Positions 38,610 through 50,129 of a stretch of 64,000 nt of DNA are shown in pieces. The stretch is from the NCBI GenBank assembly GCA_038087875.1, contig JAXLNO010000073.1, positions 248,001-312,000 of the forward strand, written 5' to 3'. The position numbers and the translations under genes are program-made. The notes under the pieces were generated by a model that was given only the letters and a program-made list of their open reading frames with translations, did not search any database and was not told the origin of the DNA. The stretch is from Malacoraja senta (lineage: Eukaryota). The number at the start of each line of letters is the position of its first letter. The first letter of the stretch is position 1.

Positions 38610-40790
38610 GAGGGAATGGGCCGGCGACGTTTCGGGTCGGGACATCTGTCTACCTGTGGTGGGGGATGTACAGGCAACATCTGGGGAGGGAATGGACAGA
38701 TGGTTCGAGTTGAGACACCTGTCCATATTTGGATTGAATGGACTGATGTTTCAGGTTGAAACACCTGTCCATCTTTGAAGGGATGAACAGATGTTTCAAA
38801 TCAAGAGATCTGTCCTTCAGGGAAAGGACTGGACAGGTATCATCTGGGGAGGGAATGGACAGATTTTTTAGTCAAGATACCTGTCCATCTTTGAAGGGGA
38901 TGGACAGATGCTTCAAGTTGAGACACCTTTCCACCTGGGAAGGGAATGTACAAGCAACATCTGCGGAGGGAATGGACAGATGTTTTGAGTCAAGGCATGT
39001 GCCCATCCTTGAAGTGGTGGACAGATGTTTCAAGTTGAGACAGATGTTTCAAGTTGAGACACCTGTCCATCTTTGGAAGCAATGTACAAAACTGTTGAGT
39101 TCAAGCACCTGTCCATCTGGTAAGGATATGGACAGGCAACATCTGCGGCGGGGATGAACAGATGTTTCGAGTTGACACGTCTGTTCATCTTTGTAGTGAA
39201 CAGAGACGTTTCAAGTCAAGGTATCCGGCCACCTTGAGAGTGGATGGGCAGATCTTTCGAGTTACGACACCTGTCCACGTTTGAAGGGACTGGACAGATG
39301 TTTCAAGTCAAGACGTCCATCTTTGAAGGGAATTAACAGATATTTCCAATTGAGACACCAGTCCATCTTTGGAGAGAATGGACAGATGTTTCAAGTCAAC
39401 ACACCTGTCTATCTAAGGAGAAAACCGACATTTTTCAAGTCAAGACATCTGCCCACAGAGAGGGAATGGACAGATGCTTCGAGGTAAGGCATCTGTGCAC
39501 CGGAGGAGGGCGTTGACAGGCAACGACTGCGGGGGTAATGGACAGATGTTTCAGATCGAGACACCTGTACATCTGGATAGGGAATGGACGGATGTTTTGA
39601 GTTGAGACCTATCCACCTTGAGAGGGAATGGATAGGCAACAGCTGGGGAGGGATTGGGCAGATGTTTCAAGTTGAGACATTTGACTTTTAGGGGAGGGAA
39701 TGGACAGATGTTTGGTGAAGACACCTCTCTGTCTGGGGAGGTAATGGACAGATGTTAATCATGACACCTGTCTCTCTGGGGAGGTAATGGACAGATGTTT
39801 TGAGTTGAGACACGTGGTCATGTGGGGAAGGAATAGTCAAGCAATATCTGGGGAGGGAATGGACAGATATTTTGAATCGAGACACCTGCCCATCTTTGGA
39901 GTGGATGGACAGATGTTTCAAGTCAAGACAGCTGTCCATCTGAGGAGGAAATGGTCAGATGTTTCAAGTCAAGGCATCAGGAAGGGAATGGACAGATGTT
40001 TTGAGATGGAACACCAGTCCATCTTTGAAGGAATGGACAGGTGTTTTGAGTCCATACGCCCATGCACCTGGGGAGGGCGTGGACAAGCAACATCTGGGGA
40101 TGGCATGGACAGATGTTTCAAGTCAAGGCATCCGGCCATCCTGGGGAGGGGATGGTCGAGACATCTGTCCAATTCACTGGATAAATTTAAAAGAGAGTTA
40201 GATTGAGCTCTACGATCTAGCGGAATCAAGGGGTATGGGGAGAAGGCAGGGACGGGTTATTGATTGTGGATGATCAGCCAGGACCACAATGAATGGCGGT
40301 GCAGGCTCGAAGGGCCAAAGGGCCTCCTCCTGAACCTATTTTATATGTTTCTATGTTTCAAGTCAAGACACCTGTCCATCTGGGGAGGTAATGGACAGAT
40401 GTTTCAAGTCAAGACATCTGCCCACTGAGAGAGGGAATGGACAGATATTTCGAGTTGGGACACCTGTGCACCAAGGGAGGGGATGCACATGCAACGTCTG
40501 GGGATGGGATGGACAGATGTTTCAATGCAAGGCACCTGTCCACCTGGGGAGGAAATTTACAGATGTTTCGAGTTGAGACTCATGTCCATCAGTGGAGGGG
40601 ATAGACAGATGTTTTAGTCGTGACGCCTGTACACCTGGAGAGGGAATGGACAGGCAGCATCTTGGGGGGGAGACAGACGTTTTTGTTCAAGACACCAGTC
40701 TATCTTTGGAAAGAATGGACAGATGTTTCAAGTCGAGACACCGGTTCATCTAAGGAGAGAATAGACGGGCAGCATCTGTGGAGGGGATCT
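38610..40790. repeat. Minisatellite of ~35-bp imperfect palindromes (ATGGACAGATGTTTC-n5-GAGACACCTGTCCAT)
   Basis: Dozens of degenerate units with short purine-rich linkers. Interrupted by a CR1 tail at ~40170-40355. Confidence 0.88.
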
Positions 40791-41193
40791 GTAAACAATC
40801 AGAAGCGTTTTCCCGGGGTTTAGATTTCCAACACCAGAGGGCATAGCTATAAGACGAGGAGAGGGAAAGTTTAACACGAATGGTGGTGGGTGCCTGGAAC
40901 GCGCTGCCAGGAGTGGCGGTGGAGGCAGATACGATAGTGGCGTGGAAGACGCTTTTAGACAGGCATATACATGCGCAGAAAATAGAGGGATGTGGATCAC
41001 CAACAGGCAGATGAGATCAGTTTAACAGGGCATCATGTTGGGCACAACCATTGTGGGCCGAAAGGCCCCTTTCCTGTGCTGTACTGTTCTATAGACACAA
41101 AAAGCTGGAGTAACTCAGCGGTTCAGACAGTGTGACGCCTCGACCCGAAAGGTCGCCTAATCCTTCTCTCCAGAGATGCTGTCAGACCCGCTG

Positions 41194-42798
41194 AGTAAAA
41201 GGTCTGTCTCACGAGTCTGCGGTCATTGGCGGCGAAACGGGAAGAATCTACCGCTCCCGGGCCGCCATAGACAGCGCACTCGGTCAAACGCACAATTCCG
41301 GGGCCGTGCGGCGTTGTTCCCAACACCGCACGGTGCTGAAATAAAACCAACACTGTTAAATAATATGTCCCTACCGCCAGTAGGCACGAGTGCAGCACGG
41401 CCGCCGCCACAGCCGCCGCCAGTGTGGCTCGAGCGCCGTGCGTCGAACTTGCACCGCCACAGCCTCCGCCAGTGAGTCACGTGCGGCGGGCCGACGTCAT
41501 CGCAGTCGACCCGCCCCTTTTTTTTACTTACCGCAAGCACGTGAGACCAGCCGTATTTAAATCACTCGGCCCCCGCGCAGCATCCGTGCGGCGCTCCCGT
41601 GGCATAGGCTCGGCGCTCTCGCCGTTGCCGTGCGGTCCACTCTACAGGCGAAGACGCGCTTCACCGCCGATGACCGCAACACCGTAAAGGCTCTGTCTTA
41701 CCTGTTTGCGGTCATCGGCGGTGAAGCGCGGCGTCGCCGGTAGCGAGGACCGCGCGGCAACGGCGAGAGCGACGAGCCTATCCACCGGAGCGCCGCACAG
41801 ATGCTGCGCGGGGGCCTAGTTAATTCAAACACGGCGGGTCCCACGTGCTTGCGGTAAGCAAATAAAAGGGCGGGCCGACTGCGATGACGTCGGCCCGCCG
41901 CACGTGACTCACCAGCGGCGGCTGTGGCAGTGGAGGTTTGACGCATGGCGCTCGAGCCATACTGGCGGCGGCCCGTGCGAGCGGCCGTGCCTCACTGGCG
42001 GAGGCTGTGGCAGTGGAGGTTTGACGCACGGCGCTCGAGCCACACTGGCGGCGGCCCGTGCGAGCGGCCGTGCCGCACTCGTGCATCACTGGTGGAGGTT
42101 GTGCGGTGAGTATTTAGTTTTGGACATTGTCGATTTTATTTTAGCACCGCGCGGTGTTGGGAACACCGCCGCACGGCCCGGGAATTGTACTTTCTCACGA
42201 GTGCGCGGTCTATGGCGGCAGATTCTTCCCGTTTCGCCGCCATAGACCGCAAACTCGTGAGACAGGCCTTTTAGACAGTACAGCACAGGAAAGGGGCCCT
42301 TCTGTCCCACGGGTTTGCGGTCGTTGGCGGTGAAGCGCGGCGTCGCGGGAAGAGGGGACCGCACGGCAACCACGAGAGCGCCGCACGGATGCTGCGCGGG
42401 GGGTCAAGTACGGCCGGTTCAACGAGCTTGCGGGTTCGGCTGATGACGTCTTTCGGATCGCGGGGCTGTGGCGGCGGCCGTGCCGCACACGTGCCTCACT
42501 GTCGGCGGCTGTGCCGCACACGTACCTCACTGGGGGCGGCTGTGACGGCGGCCGTGCCGCACTCGTGCCTCACTGTCGGCGGCTGTGCCGCACTCGTGCC
42601 TCACTGGCGGACGCTGTGCGGTAAGAACATTTTTTTGGACAGTGTTGGTTTTATTTTAGCACCGTGCGGTGTTGGGAACAACGCCGCACGGCCCCGGAAT
42701 TGTGCGTTTGACCGAGTGCGCGGTCTATGGCGGCCCAGGAGCGGTAGATTCTTCCTGTTTCGCCGCAATGACCGCAGACTCGTGAGTCAGGCCTTTTA
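41194..42798. mobile_element. Three clustered copies of a GC-rich MITE (TIR ~aaggcctgtctcacgagt[t/c]tgcggtc; Harbinger-like, tentative)
   Basis: Copy 1 ~41196-41685, copies 2 (~41686-42272) and 3 (~42298-42798) inverted relative to it. The block splits the host motif cccgctgagt|tactccagc at a TA/TWA site. Confidence 0.7.
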
Positions 42799-43859
42799 CT
42801 CCAGCTTTTTGTGTCTATCTTCGGTTTAAACCAGTATCTGTATTTCTTTCCTACACTATCCTGTTCTATGCTCTATAAATGGACAGACGACGTTTCAAGT
42901 CAAGACCTTTCTTCGGACTTACAGCATAATGAAAGGCGTAGATAGAGTGGATGTGTTGAGGATGTTTCCACTGGTGGGAGAGGATAGGACCAGAGGTCAT
43001 AGACTCTGAATTAAAAGGCGCTCTTATAGAAAGGATGTGAGGAGGAATATCTTTAGTTAGAAGGTAGTTAATCTGTGGATCTCATTGCCACAGAGGGCTG
43101 TGGAGGCCAAGTCAGTGGATATTTTTGAGGCTGAGATAGACAAATCCCTGATTAGAACGGGTGCCAAGGATTTTGGGGGAAAGGCATGGAACTTGGATTG
43201 GGAGGCAGAGATCAGCCACGATTGAATGGTGGTGTGGACTCGATGGGCCGAATGGCTCAATTCGACTCCTAAAACTTGTGAACTTGTGACCGTCAGAAAC
43301 GTCGCCTGTCCATGTCCATCCACAGATACTGCCTGAAGTTGCTGGTACAAACTCCGTACAGACAGCACCCGTGGTCGGGACGGAGCCCGGTTCCCTGGCG
43401 CTGTGAAGCAGCAGCTTTACCCGCTGCGTCACCGTCCCACTCTTTAAAACCTAAACTAAACTAAACTAAACTAAATTTGGCTTGAGTGTATTGACGTCCA
43501 GTATTATTTGATCTGAATGGATAGCATGTAAAGCAAAGTTTTTCATTGTACCTCGGTGCACATGACCATAATAAACCAACACCTAAATGATGTGCGTTTC
43601 CCAGTAGAATCTGGCCCATGCCTGTGCGATGGGATGGGATGAGAGTGAATGTGCAGGAAGGAACTGCAGATGCTGGTTTGCACCGATGATAAACACAAAA
43701 TGCCGGAGAAACTCAGTGGGACAGGCAGCATCTCTGGAGGGAAGGAATGGGTGACGTTTCGGGTCGAGCCCCTTCTTCAGACTGACAGTCAAGGGAGAGG
43801 GATACTTAGAGATATGTTGGTTTAGGTGTGAAAACACAGGTCAAAGGGGACCGTGATAA

Positions 43860-45035
43860 CCTGAGCTATAGGGAGAGGTTCACAGAACTACAGGGAGAGG
43901 TTGAATAGTCTGGGACTATTCCTTGGAGTGCAGGAGGATGAGGGGTGATCTTATAGAGGTGTATAAAATCATGAGAGAAATAGATCGGGTAGATGCACAG
44001 AGTCTCTTGCCCAGAGTAGGGGAATTGAGGACCAGAGGACAAAGGTTCAAGGTGAAGGGGAAAAGATTTACTAAGAATCTGAGGGGCACCTTTTTCACAC
44101 AGAGGGTGGAGGGTGTATGGAACAAGCTGCCGGAGGAGATAGGTGAGGCTGCGACTATCCCAAGGTTTAAAAAAACAATTAAACAGGTACATGGACATGA
44201 CAGGTTTGGAGGGATATGGGCCAAATGAGGGCTGGTGAGACTAGTGTAGCTGGGACATGTTGGCCGGTGTGGGCAAGTTGGGCCAAAGGGCCTGTTTCCA
44301 CGCTGTATCTCTCTAGGATTCTATGAATCTATGAAAATGTAGAATGGCTCACTGTTAGCTGAGGGCAATGTTGCAATAATGCATACAATTAGTTAAATAC
44401 AATAACTTGCACCTCCTCCAACCTCATCTACTGTATCTGTTATTCAAGGTGTGGACTCTTATACATCGGCGAGACCAAGCGCAGACTCGGCGATCGTTTC
44501 ACTAAACACCTTCGCTCAGTCCTCCTGGACCTACCTGATCTCCCGGTTGCCAAACACTTTAACTCCCCCTCCCATTCCCACACTGACCTTTCTGTCCTGT
44601 GCCTCCTCCATTGTTAGAGTGAGGCCTAGCGCAAATTGGAGGAACAGTATCTCATATTTCGCTTGGGCGGCTTACTCCCCAGCGGTATGAACATTGACTT
44701 CTCTAACTTCAAGTAACCCCGGCATTCCCTCTCTCTCCATCCCTCCCCCACCCAAGTCGCACCAGTTTCAACGTCGTCTAGTTGAGACTCATTGTCTGTA
44801 ACTCGTTTTCACCCAACAAACAGATAACAATGGGCTGTTTATTTTACCACTGTTATTTTTTTGCATGTCTTTCATTCATTTATTCTCTCTCTACGTCACC
44901 ATCTTGTTCTATATCGCTCGCTTCCCTCTCCACGTACTATCAGTCTGAAGAAATGTCTCGACCCGAATCGTCACTAGTTCCTTTTCTCCAGAGAGGCTGC
45001 CTGTGCCACTGAGTTACTCCAGCTTTTACTGTCTA
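43860..45035 (+). mobile_element. CR1 3' fragment (~43860-44330) followed by a Penelope fragment (~44405-45035)
   Basis: RRMRGDLIEVYKIMR; YIGETKRRLGDRF-like sequence and a degenerate hammerhead-like motif at ~44941-44975. Confidence 0.75.
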
Positions 45036-45589
45036 TAGCAGAGACTGTGTTTCATGTGACGTGGTTAATGTATGCTCACATTCGCTAGGTATAGGAGTAG
45101 AATTAGGCCATTCGGCCCATCGAGTCTACTCATCCATTCAATCGTGGCTGATCTCTACCTCCTAAACTCATTTTCCTGCCTTCTCCCCACAACCCGTGCC
45201 ACCCATTCTAATCAAGAATTTGTCTATCACTGCCCGAAAACTATCCACTGACTTGGCCTCCACAGCCCTCTGTGGCAATGAGATCCACAGATTAATAGAC
45301 AATAGACAATAGTTGCAGGAGAAGACCATTCGGCCCTTTGAGCCAGCACCACCATTCAATGTGGTCATGGCTGATAATCCCCAATCAGTACCTTGTTCCT
45401 GCCTTCTCCCCATATCCCCTGACTCCACTATTTTTAAGAGCCCTATCCAGCTCTCTCTTTGAAGCATCCAGGGAACCTGCCTCCATCGCCCTCTGAGGCA
45501 GAGAATTCCATAGACCCACCACTCTCTGTGAGAAAAAGTGTTTCCTCATCTCCGTTCTAAACGGCTTACTACTTATTCTTACACAGAAA

Positions 45590-46402
45590 CATAGACACAT
45601 AGAAAATAGGTGCAGGAGTAGGCCATTCGGCCCTTCGAGCCTGCACCGCCATTCAATATGATCATGGCTGATCATCCAACTCAGTATCCTGTACCTGCTT
45701 TCTCTCCATCCCCCCTGATCCCTTTATCCACAAGGGCTACATCTAACTCCCTCTTAAATATAGCCAATGAACTGGCCTCAACTACATTATGTGGCAGAGA
45801 ATTCCAGAGATTCACCACTCTCTGTGTAAAAAATGTTTTTCTCATCTCAGTCCTAAAAGATTTCCCCTTTATCCTTAAACTATGACCCCTTGTTCTAAAC
45901 TTCCCCAACATCAAGAACAATCTTCCTGCATCTAGGCTGTCCAACCACTTAAGAATTTTGTAAGTTTCTATAAGATCCCCCCTCAATCTTCTAAATTCTA
46001 ACGAGTACAAGCAGAGTCTATCCAGTCTTTCTTCATATGAAAGTCCTGACATCCCAGGAATCAGTCTGGTGAACCTTCTTTGTACTCTATGGCAAGAATT
46101 TCCTTCCTCAGATTAGGAAACCAAAACTGTACGTAAATATTCCAGGTGTGGTCTCACCAAGACCCTGTACAACTGCAGTAGAACCAACCTGCTCCTATAC
46201 TCAAATCCTTTTGCTTTGAATGCTAACATACCAATCGCTTTCTTCACTGCCTGCTCCACCCAGGTCTCGTTGCATCTCCCCTTTTCCCAATTGGACACCA
46301 TTCAGGTAATAGTCTACTTTCCTGTTTTTGCCACCAAAGTGGATAACCTCACATTTATCCACATTATACTGCATCTGCCATGCATTTGCCCACTCACCCA
46401 TT
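45590..46402 (-). mobile_element. CR1/HER1-like LINE 3' part abutting TM7 of GPCR pseudogene D
   Basis: WANAWQMQYNVDKCEVIHFG...EFRRLRGDLIETYKIL, 3' UTR and tail. Confidence 0.88.
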
Positions 46403-46406
46403 CACC

Positions 46407-47181
46407 GTAACCTGTTTGTTGGAGGATAAACAACGGGTCGTTATATCCAGAGTAATAATACGCCTCGGTAATCCGAAAGTACAATTCATTGACCGTGTAC
46501 GTGAGCCATAGCAATATGACGGATATACGGAAGACAGAATGATGGACTTCCTCCGGTTTTCCATTTCAGGGTCGGGGGAATTTTCCGCTCGAGCATTATC
46601 CCGCAACGCCTTGCGGAATCTGCTGGCCACGACGATGAACCTTACGGTCAGCGCATTTAGCATCAAAATAATAAAGAAGGGCAGGAACGGCGAGATGATG
46701 CAGTCGAGGTCTGTAAAAGCTTGCCACAAGGGTGAGTTGTGAAAATCTGACCTTCCACGGCAGTACCAGGGCAGGTTGTTGCTGAAATAAAGAGGCTCGT
46801 AGAAAAAAATACCAGGGGATATTTTTCAAACAGCCCAACAATACCCACTGTGCCCACAATATAAACTGAAATTCTTTTGGTGCAGTATTTTGTTTTCAGG
46901 TTCTGACAGCAGATGGCGACAAAACGATCGAAGGTGAAAAAATTCTGAGAAGATTTTGCAATTTCTTTAATCCAATATTCACTTGATGAGAAAAAAAATC
47001 CATAGCATTTCACCGAATATATGCAATAAACTGTCCAGACACTCGTATTATTTAACAAGATAAAGATCAAGATCGCATATTACATCAGGTTTATACAACA
47101 TGGTATATCACCTGGGAATCCAAGAGCGGCCAAGATCGGATAATATATTGCTTACACTGGGCCACTAGGGGGCTCATGCAT
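46407..47181 (-). pseudogene. Divergent GPR139-like pseudogene D (exon 1 47112-47181; exon 2 remnant 46407-46938)
   Basis: Exon 1 MHEPPSGPV*AIYYPILAALGFP-G|gtgata has an in-frame TAA. Exon 2 runs only from FTFDRFVAICCQ to ILQQTGY, with about 3 frameshifts. The acceptor and TM1-TM3 part are missing and the 3' end is replaced by CR1. Confidence 0.92.
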
Positions 47182-48984
47182 CTTAAACTGTATTACAGTT
47201 CTTCTTCCTGGATGTATGATCTGGCAAGCAATTTATATATCTATCATAAAATCCCCAGTGATAACAATGGATTGACTAATTAGTGACGTCAGTTCTACCC
47301 GTTTGCACATTCAAATTGGGAGAGCTAATATTATCACAACTGCGAGTTGTTCAGTTTGTTGGCACATGATAAATGCCCAATAAAACGTTGTTATTTCAAG
47401 AGGCAATCAACCCGAAAATGGAAGAATCACGAAATTCGTGGTGGACAGGAAGGGGCAAGTCAAGTCTGTACCGATTGTAAATATGACCAACACAGCGAGT
47501 TATATAGTCATAGAGTCATACGGCGTGGGGAAAAAGCCCTTCGGTCCAACTTGCCCACACCGACCAACATGTCCCATCAACACTAGTCCAATCTGCCTGT
47601 GTTTGGCCCATCTCCTTCCAAACCTGTCCCGTCCATGGACCTGACCAATTGTTTAACGAACGTTACCATGGTCCGTGTCTCAACTACCTCCTCTGCCAGC
47701 TCGTTCCATACACCCACCACAATCTGTGTGAAAAGGTTATTCCTCATATTTCTAAATCGTTCGCCCTTCACCTTAAAAATGTGTCCTGTGGTTCTCGATT
47801 CCCGCACTTTGGGCAAGAGATTATATCCGTCTACCGGATCTATTCCTCTCATGACATTGTACATCTCTATAAGATCACCCCTCATCCTCCTGCATCCCAA
47901 AGAATAGCGCTCTGCTTCTTTGTCTCGCATCACACACATTAAATAATTTCTTCCAAATATCTATAATGCTTCATAGAACATGAAATAGTACAGCGCAAGA
48001 ACAGGCCATTTGGCCCACAATGTCTCTGGCGAACATAATACCAATTGTAACTATTCCACTCTACCGGCACGTGATCCACATCGGACTGGTCCCTGCGTAT
48101 GGATACGTTTATCTTAAAACCCCTATAATGATGCTTAACGATGCATCTGCTTTCACCACTACCCCTGGCAGTGCGTTCCAGGCACACATTACTCCCTGTG
48201 TAACAAACCTTCCCCTCACACATCCTTTAAACTTTCCCCTTCTGACATTAAAGCAAAATGTCTTTGATATTTGCACCTTAGGGGGAAATCCGTTCTAACA
48301 AGCCACCTTATCTATGCTTCTCATGATGTCCTATACTTGTATCAGGTTCATAGTACAATCTACAATTTCGATATTTTATGCACATTTTATAGATTAGAGG
48401 GATAATGGTGGGGAAAACGGCACAGAAGCTCACGTGCAATATCCAGCAAAATGATACGAGAGTTCGATTGCGTGTTAATAATTTACTTCAACGTTGTTTG
48501 TTAAAATTGAATTTTTTGCCAGCGAGCCTCGGCCATATTCCGACAGGTCATAAGGTCAGAAGTGATAGGAGAAAAATCAGGTCATACGGCTCATCAAGTC
48601 GACTCCGTTATGTAATCATGATTGATCTATCTCTCCCTCCTAGCCCAATTCTCCAACTTCTCCACATAATCCTTGACACTCATACTAGAATCAATCTATC
48701 TCTGCCTTAAAAATATCCATTGACTTCTCTTCCACAGCCTTATGTGGCAAAGAATTCAACTGATTCAGCACACTCTGACTAAATAAATCCCTCCGCATCT
48801 CCTTCCTAAAAGGACGTCCTTCAATTCTGAGGCTGTGACCTCTAGTCTTAGACTCTGCCACTGGTGGAAACATCCTCTCCACATCCAATCTATCCAAGTC
48901 TATAACTATTTTGTACGTTTCAATGAGGTCCGCCCTCATTCGTCCAAACTCCAGCGAGTATAGGCCCGGTGCCGTCAAACAACA

Positions 48985-49872
48985 GACTTGGCTCGGCCGT
49001 TGCGGAAGAAGGGAGCCGTCTGGCGATGTCCGAGGCTCGTCTCCTACTCGACCCCGAAGACCGGGGACAGATGAGGAGGGTCGAGGGAGTCGGCGACGGC
49101 GGCGGACGGTGAACAAAGGGCCGATGACCACCAGGGGCGACGGGGAGATGCCCAGCCCTGCCGGCACTGTTCGTTTTTTTCATCTTTTTGTTATTTTAGT
49201 GGGTATTTTTTAGTTTGATTTAATGTACTTCAATTTGTTTTATGTGGGGGAGTGGGGGGGGTGGGGGTAAACCTTTTTTCAGGTTCTTACCTTCCCGGAG
49301 ATGTGATCATTTTTCGCATCACATTCCCCGGACTCTGCGGCCTACCGTCGATGGAGCTGGTAGCCGCCTCGGACGGTCATGAGCTCCGGACTTATCATCG
49401 GAGCTGATCCCTTGCCTGGTATCGCTCCCACCGCGGCCAGCGGACTTACCAACAAGGGCTCGCAGTCTCGGGTGAGGCTAGTCGGGAGCTCCAACGTTGC
49501 AGAAGTTTCAAACACCCCCGACGCGAGGTTTGATCGCCCGGAGCCGGGAGCTGACAACCCCCCGATGCGGGAGCTGAACTACTCGACGCGGAGGGCCCGA
49601 ACGCCACCGGTCACGGGAGTCAAGATCATCCCGTCAACGGGGGCTCGTGGCCCTCGACCAAAGAAGAACACAAGGGAAGGTCTTGAACTTTATTTCGCCT
49701 TCCATCACAGTGAGGAATGTGTAGGAGTCACGGTGGTGGATGTTCATGTTAAAATGTGTTTTTGAGTCTGTTGCTTTTTAATTGTATGACTGACCTGGCC
49801 AGTGAAATTCCTCGTATGTTGCAAAACATACTTGGCGATTCTGATTCTGATTTTGATTCTGATTCTGATTTC
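48985..49872 (+). mobile_element. GC-rich non-autonomous retroelement-like repeat with (ttctga)n tail
   Basis: Shares its layout (GC-rich body, T-rich/G-run middle, gccttccatcacag 3' region, microsatellite tail) with 50672-51549 and 56712-57606. Confidence 0.55.
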
Positions 49873-50129
49873 AAAATGATGCCCGAGGATCGGTGCCTCC
49901 AGGACAATCGTACTTTAAAGCCAAGTTAAGACTGTACTATTGAGAACTTTGAAACTTTGTTGGCGTCAAACACTTGGCGACATCTTGTGTACTGCCTCGG
50001 TGAAACCACAATTATACAACAATCGTTGCAATTTTGGACTTATCCATGATAGTGCTTATCTATCAGTTTAGTTTCGTTTCGTTTCGTTTACTTTAGTTTA
50101 GTTTAGTTCAGTTTAGTTTAATTTAGTTT

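Noticed and set aside
38610..40790. CRISPR-like look of regularly spaced palindromes
   Set aside because: Linkers are ~10 bp and similar to each other, the repeats are degenerate, there are no cas genes and the context is vertebrate.
41123..42829. Many Arg/Ala/Gly-rich ORFs
   Set aside because: By-product of a GC-rich non-coding MITE. No transposase motifs.
43600..43630. TGMGQILLG on minus as a candidate upstream methyltransferase exon
   Set aside because: No ELG motif or splice sites. Chance match.
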